In this document: positions 1 through 18,972 of the stretch, in pieces
How the letters are laid out: the number at the start of each line of letters is the position of its first letter
How positions within the stretch are numbered: the stretch's first letter is position 1
The notes under the pieces: generated by a model
Told to the model about the DNA's origin: nothing
Database searches by the model: none
The model's input: the letters and a program-made list of their open reading frames with translations, nothing else
DNA from: Escherichia coli
Lineage (GTDB): Bacteria; Pseudomonadota; Gammaproteobacteria; Enterobacterales; Enterobacteriaceae
Assembly (NCBI RefSeq): GCF_050320075.1
Contig: NZ_CP190018.1
Strand: one strand, 5' to 3'
Length of the DNA: 64,000 nucleotides
Made by a program: the position numbers and the translations under genes

Positions 1-1278
1 AACACACAGTAGTGTCCCGTATGGCACGCGGAAACGATATCCTTGCGCGGCAATGGTTGCACTTTCCATATCAATTGCTACGGCCCGGCTTAAGTTAAAA
101 CGAAGTGCAGAAGCTGAGTAACGTAATTCCCAGTTCCTGTCATCTGTGGTTACCACAGTACCAGTACGTAGCCGCTGTTTGACTTCCTCACCGGGCCTGC
201 CGCTGACTAACTTGGTGGCGTCATAAAGCGCACGTTGCACTTCAGCAATACTCGGAATAGGAATATCGGGCGGCAGTACCGCATCAAGAACGTGGTCATC
301 GCGTAAATAAGCGTGTGCAAGTACATAATCTCCAATGGCCTGGCTTTCACGTAAGCCACCACAGTGACCAATCATCAACCAGACATCCGGGCGCAGCACC
401 GCCAGATGATCGCAGATGGTTTTAGCATTTGACGGTCCCACGCCAATATTCACCAGAGTAATACCCTGACCATCGGCGGTAATTAAATGCCATGCGGGCA
501 TCTGGTGTTTTTTCCATGCAAGGTCGGAAATGGCTTCTTCTGGCGCTTCGGTTTCGGCGGTGATCCAGTTCCCGCCAGCACAAGAAAGGGCAATGTAGGG
601 ACTATCAGGATCGAGGATCTGGCTGCATCCCCAACGAACGAATTCATCCACATAACGTGTGTAGTTGGTAAACAAGACGAACGGCTGAAAATGTTCAACT
701 GGCGTACCGGTATAATGGCGCAACCGCGCAAGGGAAAAATCGACGCGGCGCGCATCAAAATGCGATAGCGGGGAGAATTCCGTTGGATGATAAATGCCGT
801 CTGCAGTTTCATCGCCAATTTGCGCCAGTTCTGTTGTCGGGAAATAGCGAGTTAACCCAGCGCTCATTGAGCGATCAAGTGTCAATTCAGAGCCATCGAT
901 GACATAAGGATAAGGGATTTCATGCTGCGAGGGTTGCACCGAGATATGCGCACCATAATCCTGATACAGCAACGTAAGTTGTTCATTGAGATACGAACGA
1001 AAGAGAGTAGGGCGAGTAATCGTGGTGGTGTAGCTGCCTGCGTGGGTAAAACGACCAAATGCGCGCGTTTTGGGGGGATTGGTTGTGCTACCGTCCCAGG
1101 TTACGGTCAGTGATGGATAGACAAAAAGACCTTGTTTGCGGGCGTTTTCATCAGGTAATTCGCCACTTGTAATATATTTGCCAATGGCGTTGCGTAAAGC
1201 GACTACAGATTGCTCATACAGCGCGTCGAGTTTATCCAGTGCCTGAGCTGGGGTCAGACCGGAGCCCTTATTATTCAT
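1..1278 (-). CDS. amn: AMP nucleosidase, N-terminal ~426 codons; 3' end runs off window start
   Basis: Minus-strand frame open to position 1 with ATG at 1278-1276; N-terminus MNNKGSGLTPAQALDKLDALYEQSVVALRNAIG matches my recollection of E. coli Amn. Confidence 0.8.
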   Translation of the reverse strand, partial: MNNKGSGLTPAQALDKLDALYEQSVVALRNAIGKYITSGELPDENARKQGLFVYPSLTVTWDGSTTNPPKTRAFGRFTHAGSYTTTITRPTLFRSYLNEQLTLLYQDYGAHISVQPSQHEIPYPYVIDGSELTLDRSMSAGLTRYFPTTELAQIGDETADGIYHPTEFSPLSHFDARRVDFSLARLRHYTGTPVEHFQPFVLFTNYTRYVDEFVRWGCSQILDPDSPYIALSCAGGNWITAETEAPEEAISDLAWKKHQMPAWHLITADGQGITLVNIGVGPSNAKTICDHLAVLRPDVWLMIGHCGGLRESQAIGDYVLAHAYLRDDHVLDAVLPPDIPIPSIAEVQRALYDATKLVSGRPGEEVKQRLRTGTVVTTDDRNWELRYSASALRFNLSRAVAIDMESATIAAQGYRFRVPYGTLLCV

Positions 1279-1379
1279 GTGTGTCTCCTGTTCCATACAA
1301 TTACCGCACATCCGATAGTATGTCACAGGAATGTGAAACAAAAGTGTAAGGCGAAGATCGGATGATCTTCGCCAGGCTA

Positions 1380-2696
1380 TTAAGCGCGTTGATTGTCTTT
1401 CATCAACAAAGCGGTCATTGCGGAAATCAGGCATCCAGCCAGCAAATAAATAGCGACGCTATGCCAGTTCCCGGCAAAGTAAGTGATGAGTGCAGCGGCA
1501 ATAAAAGGTGTAAATCCACCGCCAACCACACTGGCAACCTGATAACCGACTCCAGCGCCACTATAGCGATAACTGGCACCAAACATTTCGGTAAACATCG
1601 GTTGTTGTACACACACCACCATATCATGCGCAATGTTTGCCAGCATGATGGAGAAGAAAACTATCCAGAAAATAGATTGTGCTTCAAGCGCCATAAAGAA
1701 AGGAAATGCGCTCAACGTTCCGAATAACGCACCTGTGATATAAACCCTGCGGCGACCAAAACGATCGGCAAGCCAGGCAAAACAGGGAATTGTCAGGCAG
1801 CTTAATCCACCGACCAGCAAACCAATATTAAGGAAAAGTTCGCGCGATAACCCCATATTCTGGGTTGAATAATTAAGTGCAAAGGCAGTAACAATGTACA
1901 TCGTCAGCAACTCGCACAGTCGTAGTGCAATAATCTTCAGGAAAGCACCGGGATGTCGTAACAGAGCTTCGATAACCGGGATGCGTTTTTTCGCGGCCGC
2001 TTGATTATGTTGCTGTTGTTCAAATTCCGCGGACTCCTCCATGCCATTGCGCACCCACAATGCTCCCAGTACCAGTACGATGCTAAACAGGAAAGGAATG
2101 CGCCAGCCCCAGCTCAAAAACTGTTCGTCAGTCGTCATCATACTGATCAATGAAACCAGTCCGGTTGAAAGCAGTAAACCTACTCCGTAGCCAACTTGTA
2201 CACCGCTACTGTAAAAGGCTTTTTTATTTTTCGGCGCACTTTCAACGGAAAGCAACGCTGCGCCTCCCCATTCGCCGCCGACGGCAAATCCCTGAATGGC
2301 ACGCAGTGTCACCAGCAAAATAGGTGCCCACCACCCAATGGTCGAGAATGAAGGAAGAATACCAATCAAGGCTGTCGCGATGCCCATCATCCAGACGGTC
2401 AGCATTAACATGCGCTTACGTCCCAGTCGGTCGCCAAAGTGACCGAAAATGACACCGCCTAGCGGTCGGAAAAGGAAGCCGACACCAAAGGTGGCAAATG
2501 CGGCGAGCGTTCCCATCGCCGGGCTTACTTGCGGGAAAAACTCGCGATTAAACACCAGTGCGGCGGTAATGCCATAGAGTAAAAAATCATACCAGTCGAC
2601 GACGGCACCAGCGAAACTGCCTAACGCAGCTCGTCGGGCGCGACTTAACGAAAGCGTCCCTTCATCGGGACGAGTGGAGATGAGCGTGGAGTCCAT
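1380..2696 (-). CDS. shiA: Shikimate transporter, MFS family
   Basis: 438-aa ORF with 12-TM MFS features (GHFGDRLGRKR motif); conserved position next to amn. Confidence 0.85.
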   Translation of the reverse strand: MDSTLISTRPDEGTLSLSRARRAALGSFAGAVVDWYDFLLYGITAALVFNREFFPQVSPAMGTLAAFATFGVGFLFRPLGGVIFGHFGDRLGRKRMLMLTVWMMGIATALIGILPSFSTIGWWAPILLVTLRAIQGFAVGGEWGGAALLSVESAPKNKKAFYSSGVQVGYGVGLLLSTGLVSLISMMTTDEQFLSWGWRIPFLFSIVLVLGALWVRNGMEESAEFEQQQHNQAAAKKRIPVIEALLRHPGAFLKIIALRLCELLTMYIVTAFALNYSTQNMGLSRELFLNIGLLVGGLSCLTIPCFAWLADRFGRRRVYITGALFGTLSAFPFFMALEAQSIFWIVFFSIMLANIAHDMVVCVQQPMFTEMFGASYRYSGAGVGYQVASVVGGGFTPFIAAALITYFAGNWHSVAIYLLAGCLISAMTALLMKDNQRA

Positions 2697-3010
2697 AATG
2701 ATCCTGTTTGTACTGTCTTTTTATAATTAGTATGGAAAAGGTAACTCACATTGCCGTCGATCTATAAACGAACCTTATGAGACTACCTCGACAGAGCGCA
2801 TCTGCAAATGATTTTATGGCTGATTAGCGGCAACATGAAAAATTCGATGGAAGATGAAAGCACGGGCGTTGCTGGTGTTGTTTAAGGATTAAGCAGAGCA
2901 CCCACAGGTTCGAGATATGAAACATAAAAGTCCGCATATGTACAAAATAGCACCCTGATGAGTCTGATAGACTGCATTGCATTATAACCAGTAGGGAGGC
3001 GAGGTTAGGT

Positions 3011-4063
3011 ATGTTTTTAGCATCATTGTTGAGACGTATTGCATTTAGTTACTACGATTATAAAGCTAATAATTTCAATATTGGAAAAACAGACTTTGTT
3101 GTCATCCATATTCCCGATCAAATTGGCGATGCTATGGCCATCTTTCCAGTTATTCGGGCGATTGAAATGCATAAAATAAAGCATCTTTTAATTGTTACTT
3201 CGACTATTAATTTAGAAGTCTTTAATGCGCTCAAACTTGAACAGACTAAATTAACATTAGTTACAATGACTATGCAGGATCACGCAACATTAAAAGAAAT
3301 AAAAAATTTAGCGAAGAACATAACACTGCAATACGGTACGCCGGATCTTTGTATAGAGGCGATGCGTAAAAAGAACCTGAAAACGATGATATTTATCAGT
3401 CAGTTGAAAGCAAAAACGAATTTTCAGGTTGTTGGTTTAACCATGAAGTGCTATTCCCCTTTGTGTAAGGACGCGTCCCGGATGGATCAGAGTCTCCGGG
3501 CTCCCGTACCCATGACATGGGCATTTATGATGCGTGAGGCGGGTTTTCCAGCAGTCAGGCCAATATATGAATTGCCACTAAGTGAGGATGTACTCGATGA
3601 GGTGCGCGAGGAAATGCGATCGTTAGGAGCTTACATTGCGCTCAATTTAGAAGGTAGTGCACAGGAACGTACATTTTCATTATCGATAGCAGAAAATCTA
3701 ATAGCAAAAATTCAAAGTGAAACAGATATGCCAATAGTGATCGTTCATGGACCAAAAGGGGAAGATAAAGCCAGGGTATTAGTGGATTGTTATAATAATG
3801 TCTTCCGTTTATCCTTATCACCCTCGATTAAACGTTCGGCAGCAATCATAAAAGATGCTTATATCGCAATAACTCCTGACACCTCAATATTACATATGGC
3901 AAGTGCCTATAATACCCCCGTTGTTGCAATTTATGCTGATTACAAAACGCGATGGCCCGCAATGGCCGATGTTTCGGAGTCAGTCGTCGTTGGGCAAAAA
4001 ATTGACAATATAAGTCTGGATGAATTCGCAAAGGCATTAAAAAGTGTTTTGGCGAGAATATGA
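3011..4063 (+). CDS. yeeL: Putative glycosyltransferase (family 9 / heptosyltransferase-like), intact
   Basis: 350-aa ORF with good RBS, markedly AT-rich versus flanks; sits between shiA and yeeJ where K-12 carries the split yeeL pseudogene (from memory). Confidence 0.55.
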   Translation: MFLASLLRRIAFSYYDYKANNFNIGKTDFVVIHIPDQIGDAMAIFPVIRAIEMHKIKHLLIVTSTINLEVFNALKLEQTKLTLVTMTMQDHATLKEIKNLAKNITLQYGTPDLCIEAMRKKNLKTMIFISQLKAKTNFQVVGLTMKCYSPLCKDASRMDQSLRAPVPMTWAFMMREAGFPAVRPIYELPLSEDVLDEVREEMRSLGAYIALNLEGSAQERTFSLSIAENLIAKIQSETDMPIVIVHGPKGEDKARVLVDCYNNVFRLSLSPSIKRSAAIIKDAYIAITPDTSILHMASAYNTPVVAIYADYKTRWPAMADVSESVVVGQKIDNISLDEFAKALKSVLARI

Positions 4064-4324
4064 GGCAGTATTTATGCATATTAATGCCGATCTGTTATGA
4101 ACGGTGGTGTCATCAATACTCTGTGGCTGGTCAATCATTACAGAAAGCCAGTCTTTGGAGCAAAGCTGTACTCACCGGATACAACCATAGTCACACCGAA
4201 CGCGAATCTGGCGGTATCGCATTTTTATTTATTCATTTTCTGTGAGAGAAGGGCAAGTTCTGTAGAGGGAATGTAAAAAAGAGTGCCCCGAATGGAGCAC
4301 TCTTTAAGGAATTATAGCGGAAAA

Positions 4325-12307
<7,983 letters not shown>

Positions 12308-12619
12308 GCTTACCTTCCCTGAACGAGCTAACATAAATGCGCCCTTTCTAGCACAGCGAAAAAATATAAATCCTGATAGCAATATGATTGAAAATTAATA
12401 ACTTTTCGTTAGGTAGTTTTGGGTGTGAGTTGCAAGAGGGGAGACTACTGAATTACTCAAGTTTTATAATCGAGGGGAAAATGGTGATGGCGTCCATAGC
12501 AAAACGCCCTCAACCATTAAGGTCGAGGGCGCTTAAGATGTCAAAAACCCGCTATCCGTTAAAAAGCAATGCTCAACTAAGATCAGTGACATTGCGCTAA
12601 AAAGCGAATTTTTAGAATT

Positions 12620-12695
12620 TGGCTCCTCTGACTGGACTCGAACCAGTGACATACGGATTAACAGTCCGCCGTTCTACCGACTGAACTACAGAGGA
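12620..12695 (-). tRNA. asnT: tRNA-Asn (GUU)
   Basis: 76-nt reverse complement reads TCCTCTGTAGTTCAGTCGGTAGAACGGCGGACTGTTAATCCG...GAGCCA, canonical E. coli tRNA-Asn. Confidence 0.9.
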
Positions 12696-12795
12696 ATCGT
12701 GTGAACGGGGCGCATATTACTTAGCGGTACCTTGTCTGTCAACACTAAATTTCATAAGTCATTTCAATTGGTTAATTAATCTGCAAAGTTGTTAA

Positions 12796-13593
12796 TTAAT
12801 GAACATTCGTCGCCGAAAACGAGTCTGTATCATTAGCGTGATGCAGTCTCTGCAAAGGATCTTGTTGATAAAATTGGCAGAAACGTTGCCACAATGAAGG
12901 GAAACGAGGAGCAAAAAGTTCTGGGGCGCTAAAGAAATATTCAGAAAGTACGGCAAAACACTCAGCAGGATCACTGGCAGCATAAGCATCGATGCTCGCC
13001 GCATTCTCGCCAACTAATTCGATTTCTTCCTGAATATTGTTCATTGCAGCATGAAGATCGTGTTCCCAGCCAGCAACCTCACGCAACGGAATAAAGGGAA
13101 CTCCGCTTGCGCGATCGCCATTACGGGTGTCCAGCTTATGAGCGACTTCATGAATAATCAGGTTAAAACCAGAAGCATCAAAAGAATCTTGTATATCCAA
13201 CCAGTTCAAAACGATAGGCCCTTGCTGCCAGCTCTGACCTGACTGAACAATACGTTGGTTATGCACCAGACCGATATCGTCTTCCCATTCGTCATCGACC
13301 ACAAATGGCGCAGGATAAATTAAGACTTCATGAAAACCATCCAGCCATTCCAGTCCTAACTCCAGAACGGGCAGGCAAAATAGAAGTGCTATCCGGCAGC
13401 TTCTTAATGAATCCAGTTCAAAGCCCTGTAAAGGAACAAGCCGCTTTTGCTGTAAAAAACGTTCGGCAAGAGTGACTAATTTGCTTTGTTCCTGTTCCGT
13501 CAGACACGTTAAAAGGGGGATCGATAGTGCTTCCTGCCAGGGAAGGGCAGTTTGATGTGCTGATTCTTGTACTTTCCAGGGCCACTTAATCAT
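12796..13593 (-). CDS. mtfA: Mlc titration factor A (zinc-dependent peptidase fold)
   Basis: ORF 12796..13632; likely start [14 protein letters not shown] at 13593; HEVAH motif present. Confidence 0.8.
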   Translation of the reverse strand: MIKWPWKVQESAHQTALPWQEALSIPLLTCLTEQEQSKLVTLAERFLQQKRLVPLQGFELDSLRSCRIALLFCLPVLELGLEWLDGFHEVLIYPAPFVVDDEWEDDIGLVHNQRIVQSGQSWQQGPIVLNWLDIQDSFDASGFNLIIHEVAHKLDTRNGDRASGVPFIPLREVAGWEHDLHAAMNNIQEEIELVGENAASIDAYAASDPAECFAVLSEYFFSAPELFAPRFPSLWQRFCQFYQQDPLQRLHHANDTDSFSATNVH

Positions 13594-13686
13594 CGTTTTG
13601 CTCGCAAACTCGTCACTTGAACAAAATTGCACGGACAGGGACTGTTAAAATGCCAAATTTCCTGGCATCATGGCAACCATCTGAAC

Positions 13687-13776
13687 GGAGAGATGCCGGA
13701 GCGGCTGAACGGACCGGTCTCGAAAACCGGAGTAGGGGCAACTCTACCGGGGGTTCAAATCCCCCTCTCTCCGCCA
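13687..13776 (+). tRNA. serU: tRNA-Ser (CGA), integration target of the prophage
   Basis: GGAGAGATGCCGGAGCGGCTGAACGGACCGGTCTCGAAAACCGG...CTCTCCGCCA, 90 nt with long variable arm; 3' 62 nt repeated at 61595-61656. Confidence 0.9.
13715..13776 (+). repeat. attL core (3' 62 nt of serU)
   Basis: Identical to 61595-61656. Confidence 0.85.
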
Positions 13777-13828
13777 AAATTCAATCACTTATACATCATT
13801 AAGTCAGTGACAAAAATCACACTTGGAA

Positions 13829-14854
13829 TTACTTGGAATATTTTCTTGGAATATTTTCAGGTAACGGGACATCAAGTGTCGGTGAAACTTTAACCTTCCT
13901 GTCATAGATTAGCACTTGCCCCTCGGTTTTGTGACCAGAGAAAAGTTGCTTATCCCGACTGCTTCCTTCATAGTCTGAAATTCCTTTCGCCTTCAGATCA
14001 TGAAAGGTGAAGTCGGTTAAAATACCTGAAATTTTGCCTGCGCGATTTCTTGCTTCTACCCACATTTCGTTAAAGCCTTTGTACATATATCGGTTGCCGT
14101 ATTGATTGCTGATTACATAGGCGGATGTTGGTAACTGTTTTGCTTTTTCGATCGCCGCCTGTAATCGTGGACTCCATGCTTTTATCTGTTTTTTTCCTGT
14201 TTTCCCTTGCTGGATAAAGATCCCGTCGTTTCCAATCTGCTCCCATTTCAGCGATAACACATCGGAAACCCTCGCTGCACACAGATAGGCAATTTCCATT
14301 GCGATAAAAACAGGAAGAGGTGCAACGCTTAATACTGCCTGGTATTCTTTGTCGGTTACATATCGTTCGCGGTTTTTGGCCTTGAATTTACTTACACCTG
14401 CACATGGGTTAGCCTTCACGTACCCTCGCTCATACCCCCAACTGTAAACGCGGGACATACTGCTTTTTTCATGGTTGGCTTGCGTTTTACTCTGTTCCCC
14501 TCTCTTGTCCATGTATCGACGGATGTGTTCTGGTTTTATGGAATCTGCCGGCACCTTACCGAATACGGCAAGCAACTTTTTTTGATGTTGCAGATAATCT
14601 TTTTGTGTTCTTGGACTGAGGTCACTGTAATAGGCGCTGGCGAGGAATTTTTCCCACAAGCGACCGAATGTCATTGCACGATCGCGATTATTTACAGTTT
14701 CCTCATACTTTTTCCATAAAGCAGCTAAACCATCCTTGATGGCGGTTAGTGTTACAGATTCTCTGGATGTTGGTTTCCATACATAACTATATTTATTTGG
14801 GTATACATTTGGAGGTAATTTTTCGTGTTCAGGATTTTTCCTTCGTCTTCCCAT
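13829..14854 (-). CDS. int: Phage integrase, tyrosine recombinase
   Basis: 341-aa ORF immediately adjacent to tRNA att site; typical lambdoid Int length and position. Confidence 0.8.
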   Translation of the reverse strand: MGRRRKNPEHEKLPPNVYPNKYSYVWKPTSRESVTLTAIKDGLAALWKKYEETVNNRDRAMTFGRLWEKFLASAYYSDLSPRTQKDYLQHQKKLLAVFGKVPADSIKPEHIRRYMDKRGEQSKTQANHEKSSMSRVYSWGYERGYVKANPCAGVSKFKAKNRERYVTDKEYQAVLSVAPLPVFIAMEIAYLCAARVSDVLSLKWEQIGNDGIFIQQGKTGKKQIKAWSPRLQAAIEKAKQLPTSAYVISNQYGNRYMYKGFNEMWVEARNRAGKISGILTDFTFHDLKAKGISDYEGSSRDKQLFSGHKTEGQVLIYDRKVKVSPTLDVPLPENIPRKYSK

Positions 14855-15057
14855 CAGATCGCACCAAAATTCGGCTCTACCTCGCGTGGTGGTAAAGTTT
14901 TATTGCAGGTAAATAGATCCCGGCTGACAATCGGTTTGCCACTACGATTGGTATAGAACGGAAGCCCGTTTTCCATTAACCATTTTCGCTGGTGGCTTGC
15001 ATATTTGCAGCCCGTTAATATTAGCAATTCATCTTCGGTTAAAAATAAGCTGCTCAT
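14854..15057 (-). CDS. Putative excisionase-like small protein
   Basis: 67-aa ORF directly upstream of and overlapping int start; position typical of xis. Confidence 0.45.
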   Translation of the reverse strand: MSSLFLTEDELLILTGCKYASHQRKWLMENGLPFYTNRSGKPIVSRDLFTCNKTLPPREVEPNFGAI

Positions 15058-15115
15058 AGCTATATCTCATAACCGCCGCTAACTATATACGGTTAGCGGC
15101 AATTAGGGTTGAACA

Positions 15116-17416
15116 TTAAAAATCAGCCTGACTCGGGATCAGTTTTTGCCAGATAGCTGAAACGTATTTTGCCTGGTAACGAGCGTCATCAAGTGCATTA
15201 TGGCGCTCACCTTCGAATGGAATAGCCGTTCTGGCATCGAAGTCTATGGCTTTCCCCAGCTCAACGATTGTGCGTACATCGCGATCGTTGTAGTAACGCC
15301 ACGGGCAGGGGATCCCCTGCCGTTCGTATGAACGGCGCAAAATCGTGTTGTCGAAGTTGGCTCCATTTCCCCAGACCTGAACAAAAAATTCACCGGAGTT
15401 TTCGTCGATAAATTCCCGCAATTGTAACAGTGCATCATCTAACGGGATTTCATCGGTCATAATGGCAGATTGCGCTTCGCGTGATTGCTTAAGCCACCAT
15501 TTAATGGTGTCCCGATCAATGACTCCGCCAGCAGTTTCCAGATCGATAGTCTTACTAAATTCCGGTCCCATATCTCCGGTTTGCGGATCGAAAAATATTG
15601 CACCTATTGAGATGATCGGGGCATCAGGATTTTTTCCCATGGTTTCAAGGTCGATCATTAGATGGTCACACGTCCTGCTGGTGGATGTGATTTCGTGATG
15701 ACCATTCACCGTAATTAAGGGATCTGCCGTCTCGCCAGTTTTACTATCGCTGGCGTGGTCCTGAGCGCTGCCAGCATTCTCCTTGTGTGGATGTTCAGCG
15801 CCTTCCATTTCCTCCGGATCATTTTCCTGAACTTCAACCTGATTCTCTTCATCGAATGTTTTCTGGTATGTTGCGTCGCCCATCACCGCGCCACAATCAG
15901 GGCAGTTGCCGCCACCGCTCTGACCGCAGGCGGAGCAGACTTTTTCCGGTTCCTGTTGCGCTACTGGTTCGGATTGTTTCGTTTCTGGCTCGTTTTGTAA
16001 CGCATTTGGGCTGTTTTGTTCCGCTTTTTGGTCGTTCCGTTCCGATTCATGCTGGTTCTGGTTCACAGAATCGCGAGTCTGGATCCCCTTGACCCATTTC
16101 GGATCATTAGGGTCGCTAATCCCCTCAACAAATTCACCACGCGATACAGCAAGTAACTTATCGGCGTCAGGCTGGCTGATATTGGCTGCCTGCATAATTT
16201 TGTTTACTTCGTCAGCGGTGACTTTTACTTGGTTAGCGGAACTCACCTGCGACTGAGCATCCAGCGACTGCGCGTTCTGGCAATGTTCAGTTGTATCCGG
16301 TTCCATTGTTTCAGTTGTTGCCTGTTCACCTGCCATTGCGTCAGATGGTTGTGGTTTTTCTTCTTCTGTTTCACGCTCAGTAACCACCTCGCGGTTAATT
16401 TCTTCCAGGATATCTTTTTCCGGCGTATGCCGGGCAGCTGTGAGAGTTTCCTTGCTGGGGTTCTCGTGATCAGTTTCCGTCAAATAGGCGTTGATATACC
16501 CCTGAAGGCGTCCCGGGTAGTGATAAAATTCAGGGTGTGCGCTTCGGATAAGTGCAAAAATAGCGGCGCGGGAATAGTCCAGAATACCCGGGGTTGCACG
16601 AAGTGCTGCGGACCATTCTTTGAACGGACTTTCTTTTTTCAGGACTACTTCTTTTGCGCGACGATAAACGCTGCCCGGAATTTCATAAATATTAAAATCC
16701 ATCGGAAGTGTGGCTGCTGCAATCTCCACATCCAGTGTGTCGAGGGTGTGTACTAAATTCGGACTGCGATCGGTTTTGTTCCCACCGCCAGCATTAGCAC
16801 CGGAAGCCGTGCGGGTGATGCGTGAAACACGATTTCCTTTCATCCACTCTTTTGTCAGCAGACCCCGATCAGTGTAGTCAGCGTCCAGGTATGCTTCGAA
16901 AAAAGCAGTTATTAGTCCCAGGTCTGAATTACCAGGATTAGGGAAAACTTTGTCAGTGTCACGAACCAGTTTGTGGAGGTCGCGAATCTCCAGCGAGTCG
17001 AGCAGACTGGTTTTATGCGAAATAGCCAGGGCAGTAACAGCCGGTAGTTCTTCAGCCCGTGCAATGTGTAATGCCTGGAGTTCGTCGCGTGAAACGTGCG
17101 TTACTGGTTTTTCGCTGCCGTGTTGAGCAAGCCAACGAATGGGCAGTTCCTGACCGGAGACAGGTAGAAGCATGCTCTCCTCAATCTCAGTCATGTCTTC
17201 GCCGTTGATGTTGGTATTATCAGTGCTGGCTGATTTGTCCTGAACAGAGGGGGAAGGGCCGATAAATGTCATTGTGATGCCATCTTTCCCGCCTTTTTCA
17301 TAGCGGTTGCAGAATTCAGTATCAAACACGCCTTCTGGCGGAAGGTCGTCAACAACGGGCAAATTGACGCGGACGGGTTTTTTAAAGTCGTCTTCATCAT
17401 AATCGTTGTCATCCAT
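15116..17416 (-). CDS. Large phage protein with C-terminal DnaQ-like (DEDDh) 3'-5' exonuclease domain and central Cys4 zinc ribbon
   Basis: 766 aa; motifs [27 protein letters not shown] in C-terminal 180 aa; CSACG...CPDCG ribbon; acidic/Gln-rich linker. Confidence 0.6.
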   Translation of the reverse strand: MDDNDYDEDDFKKPVRVNLPVVDDLPPEGVFDTEFCNRYEKGGKDGITMTFIGPSPSVQDKSASTDNTNINGEDMTEIEESMLLPVSGQELPIRWLAQHGSEKPVTHVSRDELQALHIARAEELPAVTALAISHKTSLLDSLEIRDLHKLVRDTDKVFPNPGNSDLGLITAFFEAYLDADYTDRGLLTKEWMKGNRVSRITRTASGANAGGGNKTDRSPNLVHTLDTLDVEIAAATLPMDFNIYEIPGSVYRRAKEVVLKKESPFKEWSAALRATPGILDYSRAAIFALIRSAHPEFYHYPGRLQGYINAYLTETDHENPSKETLTAARHTPEKDILEEINREVVTERETEEEKPQPSDAMAGEQATTETMEPDTTEHCQNAQSLDAQSQVSSANQVKVTADEVNKIMQAANISQPDADKLLAVSRGEFVEGISDPNDPKWVKGIQTRDSVNQNQHESERNDQKAEQNSPNALQNEPETKQSEPVAQQEPEKVCSACGQSGGGNCPDCGAVMGDATYQKTFDEENQVEVQENDPEEMEGAEHPHKENAGSAQDHASDSKTGETADPLITVNGHHEITSTSRTCDHLMIDLETMGKNPDAPIISIGAIFFDPQTGDMGPEFSKTIDLETAGGVIDRDTIKWWLKQSREAQSAIMTDEIPLDDALLQLREFIDENSGEFFVQVWGNGANFDNTILRRSYERQGIPCPWRYYNDRDVRTIVELGKAIDFDARTAIPFEGERHNALDDARYQAKYVSAIWQKLIPSQADF

Positions 17417-17649
17417 TGCGGTAATGCAGCGGGAGATTGCAACAGATAATTTTTTTGCTGTAGTCCAGTAAAAACCACCTTTAATTCCAGGCGTTTTCTT
17501 ACTTTGTCATTTTTTGCTTCGCAATATAGTGCAAATTCTTCTTTATCAGTGCTCATTATTGATAAACCTCATCACAGATTTAAGGGTGAACAAATCTCTG
17601 CCATTGCTGACATATAAGAATGAAACTGGATATTTATTACGGTGCTGTT

Positions 17650-17841
17650 TTAAAATCCTGCCGGGATTTCGTTATTATCCTGGTGAATAACTTTATCGAC
17701 CGGATAACAGTTGCCTGGAATTTTCTGTTCGGTTGCTGCTGCCATACATTCCTGCATTGTTCTGTGAACACTGACTGCAATATCAACTGGCTCTCCGGAA
17801 ACAAGAAAAACCGTCAGAATAAGTGCAAATACTGGATTCAT
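17650..17841 (-). CDS. YdfD-like small protein (Qin-type)
   Basis: MNPVFALILTVFLVSG... hydrophobic N-terminus; immediately downstream of dicB as in Qin (recollection). Confidence 0.45.
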   Translation of the reverse strand: MNPVFALILTVFLVSGEPVDIAVSVHRTMQECMAAATEQKIPGNCYPVDKVIHQDNNEIPAGF

Positions 17842-18026
17842 TGTGCACATCCTTTTGGCATCAGACGTAAACGGGCCAGCATTGAAACAATGCATACTTT
17901 ATTTAATAACTCCCGTTCGTGTTTTCTTTTGTTAATGGCCTCTTCAGTAAATACAGGATTACTGATAGTGACACCAATTTCAAAACAACCTTCAGACGTA
18001 TTAACGTTTGGTAATAACGTTTTCAT
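17838..18026 (-). CDS. dicB: Cell division inhibitor DicB
   Basis: 62-aa MKTLLPNVNTSEGCFEIGVTISNPVFTEEAINKRKHERELLNKVCIVSMLARLRLMPKGCAQ, matches my recollection of K-12 DicB almost residue for residue. Confidence 0.75.
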   Translation of the reverse strand: MKTLLPNVNTSEGCFEIGVTISNPVFTEEAINKRKHERELLNKVCIVSMLARLRLMPKGCAQ

Positions 18027-18195
18027 TATCGCGCCCTCAACAATGAGTTTTGTGATGCGGTGCCTGGTGCCTCCAGGTGACGTTAACCAGTTAACAATTA
18101 ACGCCGGATACAGAGAATCCACCCATAACACTGTTTTTGGTTTTAACTGTTCCGCGTGCGCTTAGCCGCATTCACCGCATCACAAAATTCACTTT

Positions 18196-18253
18196 AAAAA
18201 GGGCGGCAGAGCAGTCACGGAGTAAAACTGATACCGCCAAACGTCACCAGAAA
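18196..18253 (-). ncRNA. dicF: DicF small RNA (ftsZ-targeting)
   Basis: Reverse complement reads TTTCTGGTGACGTTTGGCGGTATCAGTTTTACTCCGTGACTGCTCTGCCGCCCTTTTT, matching the DicF sequence I recall; lies just upstream of dicB. Confidence 0.7.
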
Positions 18254-18594
18254 ATTGATAACAGAGGGCGTTGCAGCGGGGTTGTCACTTAAGCGTATGG
18301 TCAACCTGACAACCCGGTGTCCTCAACGGGGGAAGGAATAACCCCGCCATACTTACCGCCGCGCCATTTCGCGGATTGCCACAACCGGAAGCGCACGGTC
18401 GACGAAAATTTAACGACAGGCTATCTATGAACCAGCTACCTCGCCGTGCGCTTTCGCGTTATGGTCTGACTTTTCAGGGAAATATCCTTTCAGTAAACTG
18501 TCAGTGCCGGATGCTCACCCGTGTCCGGCGCACGCACTCCACCTCACCCGTGGAGAACTCCTTAATTGCTAACCTTAGCTTTGTTGATTAGCTA

Positions 18595-18813
18595 CTAACG
18601 CGGGTATGTAATCATTCTGGCAATGCTTAATGCCGCTGCTTTTTCCAGATTGGTGATATCCTGCTCCAGAGCGGACAGATTTTCAGCCTGCTTAGCCCTG
18701 GCTTCATTAGCCCATTTCAGATCCTGCGCTGCATTAATTTTCTGGCGCATCCACTCATAAAGATCATCATCGGTATAGTCTGGCGCGATGATGACGGGTT
18801 CTCGTTTCTGCAC
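18595..18813 (-). CDS. YdfC-like small protein
   Basis: 72-aa ORF in the ydfABC position of a dicB operon. Confidence 0.45.
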   Translation of the reverse strand: MQKREPVIIAPDYTDDDLYEWMRQKINAAQDLKWANEARAKQAENLSALEQDITNLEKAAALSIARMITYPR

Positions 18814-18842
18814 GCTGATTCCTCGCGGTGCTGTTTCGCTTA

Positions 18843-18971
18843 TCAGCCGTTAGATTTTGCCGAACTGGAAAGCGCCTGTTTAAATTCGCTGAAGCTGAGA
18901 GCTTCTTCGCCTTCGGCAAGGCCTTCGAAGTATTCTTCGTAAGCCTTTTCCATGATTGTGTCGAAATCCAT
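18843..18971 (-). CDS. YdfB-like small acidic protein (42 aa)
   Basis: Sub-threshold ORF MDFDTIMEKAYEEYFEGLAEGEEALSFSEFKQALSSSAKSNG, tightly packed between neighbours. Confidence 0.4.
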   Translation of the reverse strand: MDFDTIMEKAYEEYFEGLAEGEEALSFSEFKQALSSSAKSNG

Positions 18972-18972
18972 A

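Noticed and set aside
483-1113. Short ORFs 483..818, 487..768, 922..1113
   Set aside because: Lie within or antisense to amn, which is not in the ORF track only because its frame is open at the window edge.
17269-17556. 95-aa minus-strand ORF overlapping the start of the exonuclease gene
   Set aside because: Overlaps the larger gene by ~150 nt in another frame; composition not convincing. A short real gene ending near 17440 cannot be excluded.
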